Source: Clostridia bacterium
GTDB taxonomy: Bacteria; Bacillota; Clostridia; Oscillospirales; CAG-272
Direction: 5' to 3'
DNA: 64,000 nt
Assembly (NCBI GenBank): GCA_017501225.1
Contig: JAFVXH010000007.1
Span: forward strand, 195,147 to 259,146
Under the pieces are notes generated by a model. It ran no database searches. It was given only the letters and a program-made list of their open reading frames with translations, and was not told the origin of the DNA. Shown one piece after another: positions 1 through 8,776 of the stretch. Position 1 is the first letter of the stretch; every line of letters begins with the position of its first letter. Made by a program: the position numbers and the translations under genes.

Positions 1-1
1 G

Positions 2-811
2 CGCTATCCCAATGATTTCAAAATTGTATACCGGTCGGGAGAGCTCTATACCGTCGCAGGTATAGAGTTAAGTAACGGGAAATATTTATATCGTTGCATT
101 GAACTTTTGGAACGCTCTATTTTGCTTTTATCACAGAATACCGATCCCAAAGTTGGTGAAGTATCCATTCAAAATGATATCGCTCAATGTTATATCGCTC
201 TCGGCAAAACACAAAAAGCAATTGAAATTCTCAAGAAATATAACGTCAGCGGCGTACACAACGCTTTGATTGCTACTGCATTAACGAACAATGATATTAC
301 GGAATTTGAATTGGAAGATGCCGTACCGTTTATGGTAGACGCTTTTGTATCTATCCTAACAGATTCTCTCCGTACCATGACGGCGTACGCAAATTATTTC
401 TACAAAAAAGAGGATTACTTTTCCGCCCGTGAAGCACTTCTTTGGCTGATAGATCTACTTGAACGTATAAAAATTGATGAAGGCTCATCTTGCTTCGTCG
501 ATAAGGTAATTGCCCTTTGCTATTCCGACTGTGCAAATTTCTCCCTGCTTCTCAGTGAGACGGACAAGGTGGAAGCGTATATGAGACGCGCATATAAAGC
601 GGCAAAGCTTTTTGATTCAGCTCCAACTATCAAAATGGAAAATATTAAGTTCTGCATTGGCGACATACAGAATGCCACCACATACGATGAAATCGGTGAA
701 TCTGCAATTGTGGCAGTAGCCAAAGTGATCACACAGGAAAATCGAAATGAACAACTATTGAGTATTTGGAAAAGGCTCACCCAAGAGGAATCCTACGGAG
801 GTGCGAAATGA
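2..811 (+). CDS. C-terminal part of a probable XRE/HTH transcriptional regulator with TPR-like helical domain (5' end outside window)
   Basis: Frame open from position 2 (RYPNDFKIVYRSGELY...). TPR-like helices (IAQCYIALGKTQKAIEIL). Stop overlaps the next ATG (ATGA at 808-811). The HTH itself is not visible, so the regulator call is inference. Confidence 0.5.
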   Translation, partial: RYPNDFKIVYRSGELYTVAGIELSNGKYLYRCIELLERSILLLSQNTDPKVGEVSIQNDIAQCYIALGKTQKAIEILKKYNVSGVHNALIATALTNNDITEFELEDAVPFMVDAFVSILTDSLRTMTAYANYFYKKEDYFSAREALLWLIDLLERIKIDEGSSCFVDKVIALCYSDCANFSLLLSETDKVEAYMRRAYKAAKLFDSAPTIKMENIKFCIGDIQNATTYDEIGESAIVAVAKVITQENRNEQLLSIWKRLTQEESYGGAK

Positions 812-2529
812 AACATAAAAAGTTGGATATTCGTCCATATACAAAACAATTTTACAAAGGCAATATCATATATTTTATTTTCGCATTGTGTGAAATCCTA
901 CTTGTGTCAATCGGTTCGTTACTCGTTTCTTGGTTGATGCAACAGTTGATTGATCTGATCGGTGGCTATGACACCGGATTTACATTGCTTCAACTTACCA
1001 TGATCACCTTGATGCTGATCGGAGGAATTGCGGTTTCCGGTATAATCTCTTACCACTCTAAGCCGAAATTTATTACACGGGGAATTTCTCAATATAAGGA
1101 ATACGTCTTTGGTGAACTCACAAAGAAAAACATATCCGCCTTTTCCGGTGAAAATTCATCAACCTACGTATCTGCGCTTACCAACGATATCCAGGCAATT
1201 GAGCAGGGATATTTGTGGAATACATTCTCCATGCTCGAGAGCTTGCTTCCCTTCATCGGCGCAATGATTTTGATGATATGGTACAGCCCTCTGCTTACGT
1301 TGATAGCAATAGGTCTTTCCCTGCTTCCTTTGATCGCATCTATTCTGACGGGCAACAAGCTTGCGGAAGAAGAAAAGAAAGTATCGGACAGAAATGAAGC
1401 ATACACTTCTACATTAAGAGATAGCTTGGGGGGCTTCTCCGTTATCAAGTCCTTTCAGGCCGAAGCCCAGATAATTCGCATTTTCAAAGAAAATTTGCGG
1501 GAACTTGCAAAGGCGCAAGGCGGAAAACATAAAATGAACATTCTTGTTCAGATGTTCGGCGGTATCGCGGGCGTAACGGCGCAGCTTGGCGTATTTATCT
1601 TTGGCGCGTATCTTGCAATGTCAGGGAAAGGCATTACCGCGGGTACTACGTTGATATTTGTCCAGTTGATGAACTACGTTCTCAGCCCAATCGGTACAAT
1701 CCCTGCTTGCATCGCAGAAAGAAAAGCGGCGAAGGCTTTGGTTGAGAAAATCGCAAATGCCTTAAATTCCAATGTCAGAGAAGAAAGCGAAACCGAATAT
1801 AAGGAGCTTAAGCATAGTATAACAGTAAAGAATCTTTCTTTCGGTTATGAACCCGAAAAGCAAGTCCTTAAAAATGTCAACTGCAGGTTTGACCTTGGTA
1901 AAAAGTACGCTATCGTAGGCGCATCGGGTAGCGGAAAATCAACTTTGCTGAATCTGCTCATGGCATCATATCAGGATTATGACGGAACGATACGTTATGA
2001 TGATACCGAGCTGAGAGATATCAGCAGCAGTAATCTTTATGAAATTGAAAGTATTATCCAGCAGAATGTGTTCGTGTTCAATGCCACGATCAAGGATAAC
2101 ATCACAATGTTCCGTGATTTCTCTGAGGAACAAATTGACGAGGCAATCCGCCTTTCCGGTCTATCTGCATTGATGGAAGAAAAGGGGGCAGATTACCTAT
2201 GCGGTGAAAACGGAAGCGGATTATCCGGTGGCGAGAAGCAACGTATTTCCATTGCTCGGAGTTTGCTCAAAAAAACGCAGGTGCTTCTCGTTGATGAAGC
2301 CACCGCGGCTCTGGATGCCGAAACCGCATATCAAGTTTCAAGCGCTATTCTTGGCCTTGAAAACGTTACAAGTATCGTTGTTACCCACGCGCTTGATGAA
2401 AGTCTGCTGAAACAATATGATAGCATCCTCACCCTGAAAAATGGTTCTATCGTTGAAACCGGCACATTCGGTGAATTGTTAGCTCAAAAGGGGTATTTCT
2501 ATTCGTTGTTTACCATAGCTCAATCATGA
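808..2529 (+). CDS. ABC exporter, fused permease + ATPase
   Basis: N-terminal TM helices; Walker A GASGSGKST, signature LSGGEKQR, Walker B LLVDE; GGAGG RBS before ATG 808. Confidence 0.92.
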   Translation: MKHKKLDIRPYTKQFYKGNIIYFIFALCEILLVSIGSLLVSWLMQQLIDLIGGYDTGFTLLQLTMITLMLIGGIAVSGIISYHSKPKFITRGISQYKEYVFGELTKKNISAFSGENSSTYVSALTNDIQAIEQGYLWNTFSMLESLLPFIGAMILMIWYSPLLTLIAIGLSLLPLIASILTGNKLAEEEKKVSDRNEAYTSTLRDSLGGFSVIKSFQAEAQIIRIFKENLRELAKAQGGKHKMNILVQMFGGIAGVTAQLGVFIFGAYLAMSGKGITAGTTLIFVQLMNYVLSPIGTIPACIAERKAAKALVEKIANALNSNVREESETEYKELKHSITVKNLSFGYEPEKQVLKNVNCRFDLGKKYAIVGASGSGKSTLLNLLMASYQDYDGTIRYDDTELRDISSSNLYEIESIIQQNVFVFNATIKDNITMFRDFSEEQIDEAIRLSGLSALMEEKGADYLCGENGSGLSGGEKQRISIARSLLKKTQVLLVDEATAALDAETAYQVSSAILGLENVTSIVVTHALDESLLKQYDSILTLKNGSIVETGTFGELLAQKGYFYSLFTIAQS

Positions 2530-2683
2530 TACGTGGTTTCGCTACAAGCATGGCGTTGCACTCCGGAAGACAGCGGTCAAGTGCAACCCCCATCATCGCC
2601 AAGGGGGACATTGTACCCTCTGCAAAATCAGTGTGTATCTAAATCAGCCACACACGGTTTTGCATCTAAATCGGACACACATC

Positions 2684-2723
2684 GCAAACAAAGGGCACGC
2701 CACAAGGCGTGCCCTTTGTTTGC
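2684..2723. terminator. Probable bidirectional intrinsic terminator
   Basis: 18-bp perfect stem gcaaacaaagggcacgcc/ggcgtgccctttgtttgc with acaa loop, between convergent genes. Confidence 0.75.
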
Positions 2724-2731
2724 TGATGCAC

Positions 2732-3934
2732 CTATGCAGGAATCAAAACATCTCCATTCGTGATCACTGCCTTGGAGGCAGAAATCGCGCTATCAACGGT
2801 ATTGCCGTTTGCTTCGTCAATTCTCCCCTCATAAACAATCTGTACGGTATCGCCCTCCGTGATCACTCTTGCCTCTACGTATCGGGAAATACGCAGGTCA
2901 TTCAAAAGAATTTTGTATGTGATACCGTCTGCCGGATCATGACACAAAATGGAATCATCGACTAAAATATAGGCATCAGTGATCTCTACGACCTTCCCCA
3001 CGACCGTGTTTTGATATGGCTCATAGACTACCTCGGAGGAATGTTCCTTCGCATATTTGATCATCATTTCCGATGCAGCATCACCAATGTAAAAGAGATA
3101 CTGATAATCGAATGCATTTGTCCACAGATATCCGTCGGCGGTAATATACATGACGACTTTATATACACCTAAGGGTTCAGATGTGACGGTAAAGCTGAGA
3201 TACTCCCGATCGTGAGCAGTCCACGTACCGTCCTCCACAAATTCGGCATCCTTGCAGTCGGCAAGAATTTCCCACACATAATCATCGTTGCTTAAGGCAA
3301 AATGCTCCCGCGCTTCACCGTTTTCAGAAAAGCGATTCAACTCAATCACTTTGGGAAGATCCACCAATGCAAAAAGCGCTCCTAACGTGTCCGGCGGATC
3401 GTATTGGGAATTTTTAAAAACATAAAAGGTTCCCTCCATCCCGACAGCAACAAACTGACTTTGATCGGCATACTTCAATTGATATACTTGAAAATTCTCG
3501 GTGTACTGAGCCTCTGTGATCATATCATAGCCATTCACGGAACGTGTACCGATCAAATCACCTATCCACTGCTCAGACACGGCGCGACCGCGACTTCTGT
3601 ACGCAGTGCCGTCAAGCGTTAACTCCGTATATTTTTCAAATACGGTGCGGGATTCCCAGGGCCATACGATGGCGGCACTCTCACTGCGGACAATAAAGCT
3701 TTTATATCTGCTATCATTCGCATTCGGGGCGCCCCCCTCCCCCGTGGGTTCTTCCCCTCCTAACATCGCGTACAAAATTGCCGCAACGGCAATCATCAGC
3801 ACCGCCAGACAAGCTGCGAAGGAGCCCCATTGGAGCCACGCGGTGTGCTTGGACTTTGGTTTGCTCTGTGCTGCAGCAGTAATCAGATCATCGTCGATAT
3901 ACGTAACGGCATGTGCAATTCTCGAAATTTTCAA
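2732..3934 (-). CDS. Putative anti-sigma factor (single TM, large extracytoplasmic domain)
   Basis: Overlaps the ECF sigma stop; N-terminal 'IDDDLI' segment, one TM helix, then ~340 aa soluble domain. Confidence 0.6.
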   Translation of the reverse strand: MKISRIAHAVTYIDDDLITAAAQSKPKSKHTAWLQWGSFAACLAVLMIAVAAILYAMLGGEEPTGEGGAPNANDSRYKSFIVRSESAAIVWPWESRTVFEKYTELTLDGTAYRSRGRAVSEQWIGDLIGTRSVNGYDMITEAQYTENFQVYQLKYADQSQFVAVGMEGTFYVFKNSQYDPPDTLGALFALVDLPKVIELNRFSENGEAREHFALSNDDYVWEILADCKDAEFVEDGTWTAHDREYLSFTVTSEPLGVYKVVMYITADGYLWTNAFDYQYLFYIGDAASEMMIKYAKEHSSEVVYEPYQNTVVGKVVEITDAYILVDDSILCHDPADGITYKILLNDLRISRYVEARVITEGDTVQIVYEGRIDEANGNTVDSAISASKAVITNGDVLIPA

Positions 3935-4485
3935 AATTCAACACCCTCCTTGATCAAATATTCCTTTAGCCTCGTGCGAGTGTGATACAACATATTCTTG
4001 ACCTTGCTCTCGGTAAACGAATAGCGCAAAGCAATATCACCGATTGAATCAAAGAAATAGTATTTGCGAATAAAAACGTTACGGGTTACCTCTTTTTCCT
4101 TTTTCAAAAAATCGCTTATGAGCTTTCCGATAGATTCGTCACTCATTCCGTCTGCGATGCTACTGTCCGGCAACACCTCGGCAAGCTCATCAAGAGAAAC
4201 AAGCATCATTTGTGACCGCTTTTGCCGATTCTTGGCTTCTAAGCGTTTGAGCGATAGATTCCGTGTGATCCGACATAGAAAGGCCATCAGACTGTTCGGT
4301 CTTGTGGGCGGAATTGCGTTCCATGCACCTAAATAAGTATCATTCACACATTCCTCCGAGTCCTCATGGCTATTCAAAATGTTATAGGCAATACTGTGGC
4401 ACAGCCTTCCGTATTTGGCATCCGTTTCTTTGATTGCCTGCTCATCCCGCGCAAAATACAGTTCGATGATACGAAGATCATTCAA
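3931..4485 (-). CDS. ECF (sigma-70 family) RNA polymerase sigma factor
   Basis: 184 aa; region 2 DSEECVNDTYLGAW, region 4 SIGDIALRYSFTESKVKNMLYHTRTRLK; GGAGG RBS. Confidence 0.92.
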   Translation of the reverse strand: MNDLRIIELYFARDEQAIKETDAKYGRLCHSIAYNILNSHEDSEECVNDTYLGAWNAIPPTRPNSLMAFLCRITRNLSLKRLEAKNRQKRSQMMLVSLDELAEVLPDSSIADGMSDESIGKLISDFLKKEKEVTRNVFIRKYYFFDSIGDIALRYSFTESKVKNMLYHTRTRLKEYLIKEGVEF

Positions 4486-4532
4486 GGTCGTTCACCTCCT
4501 TGGCTGATTGAAAAGCGCTTTCACCCTATCAG

Positions 4533-4557
4533 TACGTTTTTTTCGCCGTGGGTTTCA
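4533..4557 (-). promoter_or_regulatory. Candidate autoregulatory ECF promoter
   Basis: Minus strand TGAAAC-N15-CGTA, close to the B. subtilis sigW-type consensus TGAAAC-N16-CGTA, upstream of the sigma gene. Confidence 0.45.
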
Positions 4558-4747
4558 AAATTTTGAAAACTTTTTCTTATTATAGCATATAATTGTGTGT
4601 TAAGAATGAACAGGGGAACAAAGATCGGGGCAAAATTCACGGCAAGCGCGGCTCCGAAGATCGGAAAATCGCAATCCATCGCGCCGTGTGCAAATCAGAA
4701 CCAAATGGTAAGTGGAATACAAGAGTGCGCGTCCGCATTGTGCGAGA

Positions 4748-4777
4748 AAGCCCACGGCTCTTTCGAGCCGTGGGCTT
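4748..4777 (-). terminator. Hairpin terminator after sdpI-like gene
   Basis: aagcccacggctc-tttc-gagccgtgggctt perfect 13-bp stem. Confidence 0.65.
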
Positions 4778-4798
4778 GTTGCTGTTTTATCCGATCAT

Positions 4799-5431
4799 TT
4801 ATATTCCCTTGCGGTGCAGAATATAGGAATACACAAGCGGGATCAGTGCCATCGGCAGGATTGCCGCAAGCGTCACCCAAATCCAGCCGAAAAATCCGGA
4901 TACCATGACGAAAATTCCGCCGATCACCCAGATCCAGCCGGACAGGCGGTGCGTCCGATTCCAGTTTTCCTCACTGCTCAGCGTCCACGGGATCTTAATG
5001 CCGATCGTGTAGTTCTGTCTGCATTTGGGCATGTAATTGCCGATGACAACAAACACAAGTCCGAGGAACACAGGGACCAGGATCTCGACGCGCACGCCCT
5101 TCCCCATCGCGCTGGAATAGGTTACAGCTGCCAGAAAAACATTCAGGATCGGAATGATCCAAAATACCAATTGCAAGAGCTTGCCCGAATGATTCTGCTT
5201 CTTGGGATCGGAAAACGTGACAAATATACCCAACCAATGAAGTCCAAGCATCAAAACGGGCATCAAAACGACTACAAAGAGCTTTCCTGCCCATCCATCG
5301 ATCTCCCCTTTTGCATTCCAATGGATCGGGATCTGCTCCGGAAGCTGATTCCACAAAATCAAGCCCGCCAAAATCGGCAGCAAGGTCAAGACCGACGTCA
5401 CGGTCAATATCATCCAATGCTTCTTAATCAT
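4799..5431 (-). CDS. sdpI: SdpI family immunity membrane protein (DUF1648 N-terminus)
   Basis: LPEQIPIHWN..G..DGW and GNYMPK..QNYTIGIKIPWTLSSEENWNRTHR motifs, multiple TM helices. Confidence 0.85.
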   Translation of the reverse strand: MIKKHWMILTVTSVLTLLPILAGLILWNQLPEQIPIHWNAKGEIDGWAGKLFVVVLMPVLMLGLHWLGIFVTFSDPKKQNHSGKLLQLVFWIIPILNVFLAAVTYSSAMGKGVRVEILVPVFLGLVFVVIGNYMPKCRQNYTIGIKIPWTLSSEENWNRTHRLSGWIWVIGGIFVMVSGFFGWIWVTLAAILPMALIPLVYSYILHRKGI

Positions 5432-5696
5432 GTTTTTCTCCTTTCAAGCCGCTGATCCACAGCATCACTTCCTCCAAAACGGAGGTGTTCAATTCATAAT
5501 AAATATACTTTCCTTCTCTCGTATCCCGTATCAGATCCGCCTCTCGCAGAATGGAAAGATGCTTGGAGATTGCCGCTCCGCTGACGGGAAAATGATTCGA
5601 AATTTCCCCTGCCGGTAGGCGTCCTGCCTTGAGCAGCTCCAAGATCTCCCGACGGATCGGATCGGATAGTGCCTTGATGGTTTTTTGTACTCCCAC
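5424..5696 (-). CDS. sdpR: ArsR family autorepressor, SdpR-like
   Basis: KALSDPIRREILELL...AISKHLSILREADLI...REGKYIYYELN; GTG start after AGGAG; overlaps sdpI. Confidence 0.85.
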   Translation of the reverse strand: MGVQKTIKALSDPIRREILELLKAGRLPAGEISNHFPVSGAAISKHLSILREADLIRDTREGKYIYYELNTSVLEEVMLWISGLKGEKHD

Positions 5697-5714
5697 GCAA
5701 TCCATTCTCCTTTC

Positions 5715-5765
5715 ATTTAACCTTTTGGTTAAATATAGTATAGCACAGACCTCCTCGTTTGTCAA
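5715..5765 (-). promoter_or_regulatory. sigA promoter and ArsR-type operator of sdpRI
   Basis: TTGACA (5765-5760)-N17-TATACT (5742-5737); perfect palindrome ATTTAACC-N4-GGTTAAAT at 5715-5734. Confidence 0.65.
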
Positions 5766-5805
5766 CAGTCAAAAGCAAAAAAATGAAAAAAATTTTTGAA
5801 ATCTC

Positions 5806-5844
5806 TTGACAGCACCCTCATAATATGATATCATATTGATATCA
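5806..5844 (+). promoter_or_regulatory. Promoter of SPFH operon with tandem TGATATCA boxes
   Basis: TTGACA at 5806; TGATATCA-TAT-TGATATCA (5826-5844) over the -10 region. Confidence 0.5.
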
Positions 5845-5885
5845 AAAAGATTTATCTTTTGAAAAAACATTTACGGAGGTTTCCC

Positions 5886-6902
5886 ATGACTGAAAAACTG
5901 TTAACCAACAAAAAGCACGGCATGCCCGTACTGATCCTGACAACGCTTGTTCTGCTGGTCGCTTTGGCTGGCGTGATCTGGGGCGGCATCCGCATGGAGG
6001 CAAACGAAAACGACTTCTGGCTCTTCGCCGTTTCGATGGTCGTATTTTGCGTTGCGTGGATCCCCTATCTCGGACTTCGCATCTTAAAGCCCCAGGAGGC
6101 ACTTGTTCTGACGCTGTTCGGTAAATACGTCGGCACCATCAAGGGCGACGGATTTTTCTTCGTCAATCCCTTCTGCGTCAGCTTCAACCCTGCCGCAAAA
6201 ACCAAGCTCAATCAGAGCGGCGACGTCAAGAGCAATGCTCTGGCGCTTGCGACCGGCACCACCCCCGAGGCTAGCGTTTCCTTTGAAAATAAGAAGATCT
6301 CCTTGAAGATCATGACGCTGAACAACAACCGTCAGAAGGTCAACGATTGCCTTGGCAATCCCGTTGAGATCGGCATTGCCGTTATGTGGCACGTGACCGA
6401 CACCGCAAAGGCTGTCTTTAACGTTGATAACTACAAGGAGTACCTCTCCCTGCAGTGCGACAGCGCTTTGCGCAACGTGGTCCGCATCTACCCTTACGAC
6501 GTAGCACCCAACGTGGACACCACGGGTGACGGACTTGCCGATGAAGGAAGCCTGAGAGGCTCGAGTGACGTCGTTGCCTCCCGCATCCGCGAGGAGATCC
6601 AGGCGCGCGTGGAGGACGCAGGTCTTGAGATTCTGGAGGCGCGCATTACCTATCTTGCATACGCTCCCGAGATTGCCGCTGTCATGCTGCAGCGTCAGCA
6701 GGCATCCGCCATCATTGACGCGCGCAAGATGATCGTGGACGGTGCCGTCGGTATGGTAGAGATGGCTTTGGATCGCCTCAACTCCAATCACGTCGTCGAC
6801 CTTGACGACGAGCGCAAGGCTGCTATGGTATCCAATCTGCTTGTCGTGCTTTGCGGTAACCGCGATGCACAGCCCGTTGTCAATTCCTCCAGCCTGTATT
6901 GA
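5886..6902 (+). CDS. SPFH/band 7 domain membrane protein
   Basis: Two N-terminal TMs; YLAYAPEIAAVMLQRQQASAIIDARKMIVDGAVGMV and KAAMVSNLLVVLC motifs; GGAGG RBS. Confidence 0.9.
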   Translation: MTEKLLTNKKHGMPVLILTTLVLLVALAGVIWGGIRMEANENDFWLFAVSMVVFCVAWIPYLGLRILKPQEALVLTLFGKYVGTIKGDGFFFVNPFCVSFNPAAKTKLNQSGDVKSNALALATGTTPEASVSFENKKISLKIMTLNNNRQKVNDCLGNPVEIGIAVMWHVTDTAKAVFNVDNYKEYLSLQCDSALRNVVRIYPYDVAPNVDTTGDGLADEGSLRGSSDVVASRIREEIQARVEDAGLEILEARITYLAYAPEIAAVMLQRQQASAIIDARKMIVDGAVGMVEMALDRLNSNHVVDLDDERKAAMVSNLLVVLCGNRDAQPVVNSSSLY

Positions 6903-6903
6903 T

Positions 6904-7092
6904 ATGGCAGACGAGAAAAAGAAGCAGATACCGCTCCGTCTTTCCGCAAAGCTCTATGCCGAGCTTTCCGCCTGGGCGGAGGACGATTTCCGTTCCCTGA
7001 ACGGGCAGATCGAATTCTTGTTGACCGAATGTGTCAAAAAACGTAAGAAAAGCAGCTCCTCTTTGAAAAAAACAGAACTCGGGGACAGCTAA
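6904..7092 (+). CDS. Arc-like ribbon-helix-helix DNA-binding protein
   Basis: KKQIPLRLSAKLYAELSAWAEDDFRSLNGQIEFLL, immediately downstream of the SPFH gene. Confidence 0.8.
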   Translation: MADEKKKQIPLRLSAKLYAELSAWAEDDFRSLNGQIEFLLTECVKKRKKSSSSLKKTELGDS

Positions 7093-7103
7093 CAAACGAT
7101 TAC

Positions 7104-7139
7104 AAAATGCCAAGGAATTTCAAAATTCTTTGGCATTTT
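7104..7139 (+). terminator. Hairpin after SPFH-Arc operon
   Basis: aaaatgccaa...ttggcatttt inverted repeat. Confidence 0.5.
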
Positions 7140-7229
7140 CCTTTTGCGCCCTTGCAAAAATATGCGCGTTATGATATAATGGCAGTAGTGTGCCCTGTGC
7201 GGCGAAAATTTGTCAGAAAGGAGATTGCC

Positions 7230-8776
7230 TTGAAAAAGCAGCTGTTGGAAAAGTTCAAGGAAGCGTTGTTTTCGGTGCTTCCCGTCGCGATCATTGTCCT
7301 CATTCTTTCCTTTATCATGGTCAAGGACAATCTTCTTGAATTTATCACACTTTTTGTAATCGGTACGGTCCTTTTGGTGCTGGGTATGACCTTCTTTACC
7401 ATGGCGCCGACGTATCCATGATGCGCATCGGTCAATCCATCGGTTCCCATATCACCAAATCAAGAAAGCTGTGGTTCGTGGCGCTGATCTGCTTCATCCT
7501 CGGTGTCATCGTAACCATCGCGGAGCCCGATCTGCGCGTGCTTGCCGAGAACGTCCCCATCGTCAAAACAAGCGTGATGATCTGGGCGGTTGCCATCGGC
7601 GTAGGACTCTTTTTGATGGTGTCCTTCTTCCGCGTCTACCTGCAGATCCGCCTTTCCTACATCCTGATCGCCATGTACGTATTGGCATTCGTGTTGGCGG
7701 CATCTCCCCTGATCCATCCCGATTTCGTTGCATCCGCCTTTGACTCGGGCGGAGTCACCACGGGGCCTATCACCGTTCCCTTTATCATGGCGCTTGGCGT
7801 CGGTCTTGCATCGGTGCGCGGAGATAAAACCTCGAATGAGGATAGCTTTGGTCTTGTTGCCCTCTGCTCCATCGGTCCGATCCTGACGGTTTTGATCCTG
7901 GGCGTGTTCGGTGACACCTCCAGCATTGAAGCGGGCCCCGAGAGCACCGTCATCTACCAATCGGTCTGGGAGGTCCTGCTTGCATACGTACGCGCGATCC
8001 CCCACTATATTGAGGAGGTCGCCGTTGCCCTTTCCGCGATCGTCGCCTTCTTCCTTGCGTTCCAGCTCATCTCCCTCCGCCTTCCGTGGGATGAGGTCGC
8101 AAAGATCGGCGTCGGTATGCTGTATACCTTCTTAGGACTTGTGCTCTTCCTGACCGGTGTCAACATCGGATTTATGCCCGTTGGAACCTTTATCGGTCAG
8201 ACGCTGGGAGGCAGTACCCTTTCGTGGCTTCTCATTCCGATCGGCGCTCTGATCGGATGGTTCATCGTATCTGCAGAGCCTGCCGTGCACGTCCTGAAGC
8301 AACAGGTCGAGGACGTAACCGAGGGCGCGATCCGCGGAAAATCCGTCGGTTTTGCGCTTGCGATCGGTGTATCTCTCTCGGTAGCGTTAGCGTTGCTTCG
8401 CGTCCTGACGGGGCTTGAGATCTGGTGGATCCTGGTGCCGGGATATCTGTTCTCGCTCGTTATGACCTTCATTGTTCCCCCCCTGTTTACATCAATCGCA
8501 TTTGACGCGGGTGGAGTTGCCTCAGGTCCTATGACCGCAACCTTCCTGCTTCCGCTCTCCCTTGGAGCATGCGCTGCCGTCGGCGGCAATCCCCTGACCG
8601 ATGCCTTTGGCTTGGTCGCCTTTGTGGCAATGACGCCGTTGGTTACCATCCAGCTCTTAGGTCTGATCGGAAAATTGAAGGCTCTGCACGCATCGCGTGT
8701 GGCGCTCGGACAACTGGTGCTCTCGGATGAGATTGTCGACTTGAATTTTGAGGAAGGAGGCGATTTGGATGCCTGA
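7230..8776 (+). pseudogene. DUF1538-family membrane protein (two internal repeats), frameshifted near 7403
   Basis: Two ORFs (7230-7421, 7418-8776) join into one protein if one G is added (ATG G[G]C GCC GAC GTA TCC ATG = MGADVSM). Motifs AEPDL, AFDSGGVTTGPITVP, AEPAV, AFDAGGVASGPMT. May be a sequencing error. Confidence 0.7.

Noticed and set aside
4600-4745. Possible sRNA between ECF sigma and sdpI
   Set aside because: Only short stems (cacggc/gccgtg, tccga/tcgga) and no clear dedicated promoter; not distinguishable from chance
7395-7425. Programmed ribosomal frameshift in the DUF1538 gene
   Set aside because: No slippery heptamer or obvious stimulatory structure; a one-base deletion explains it
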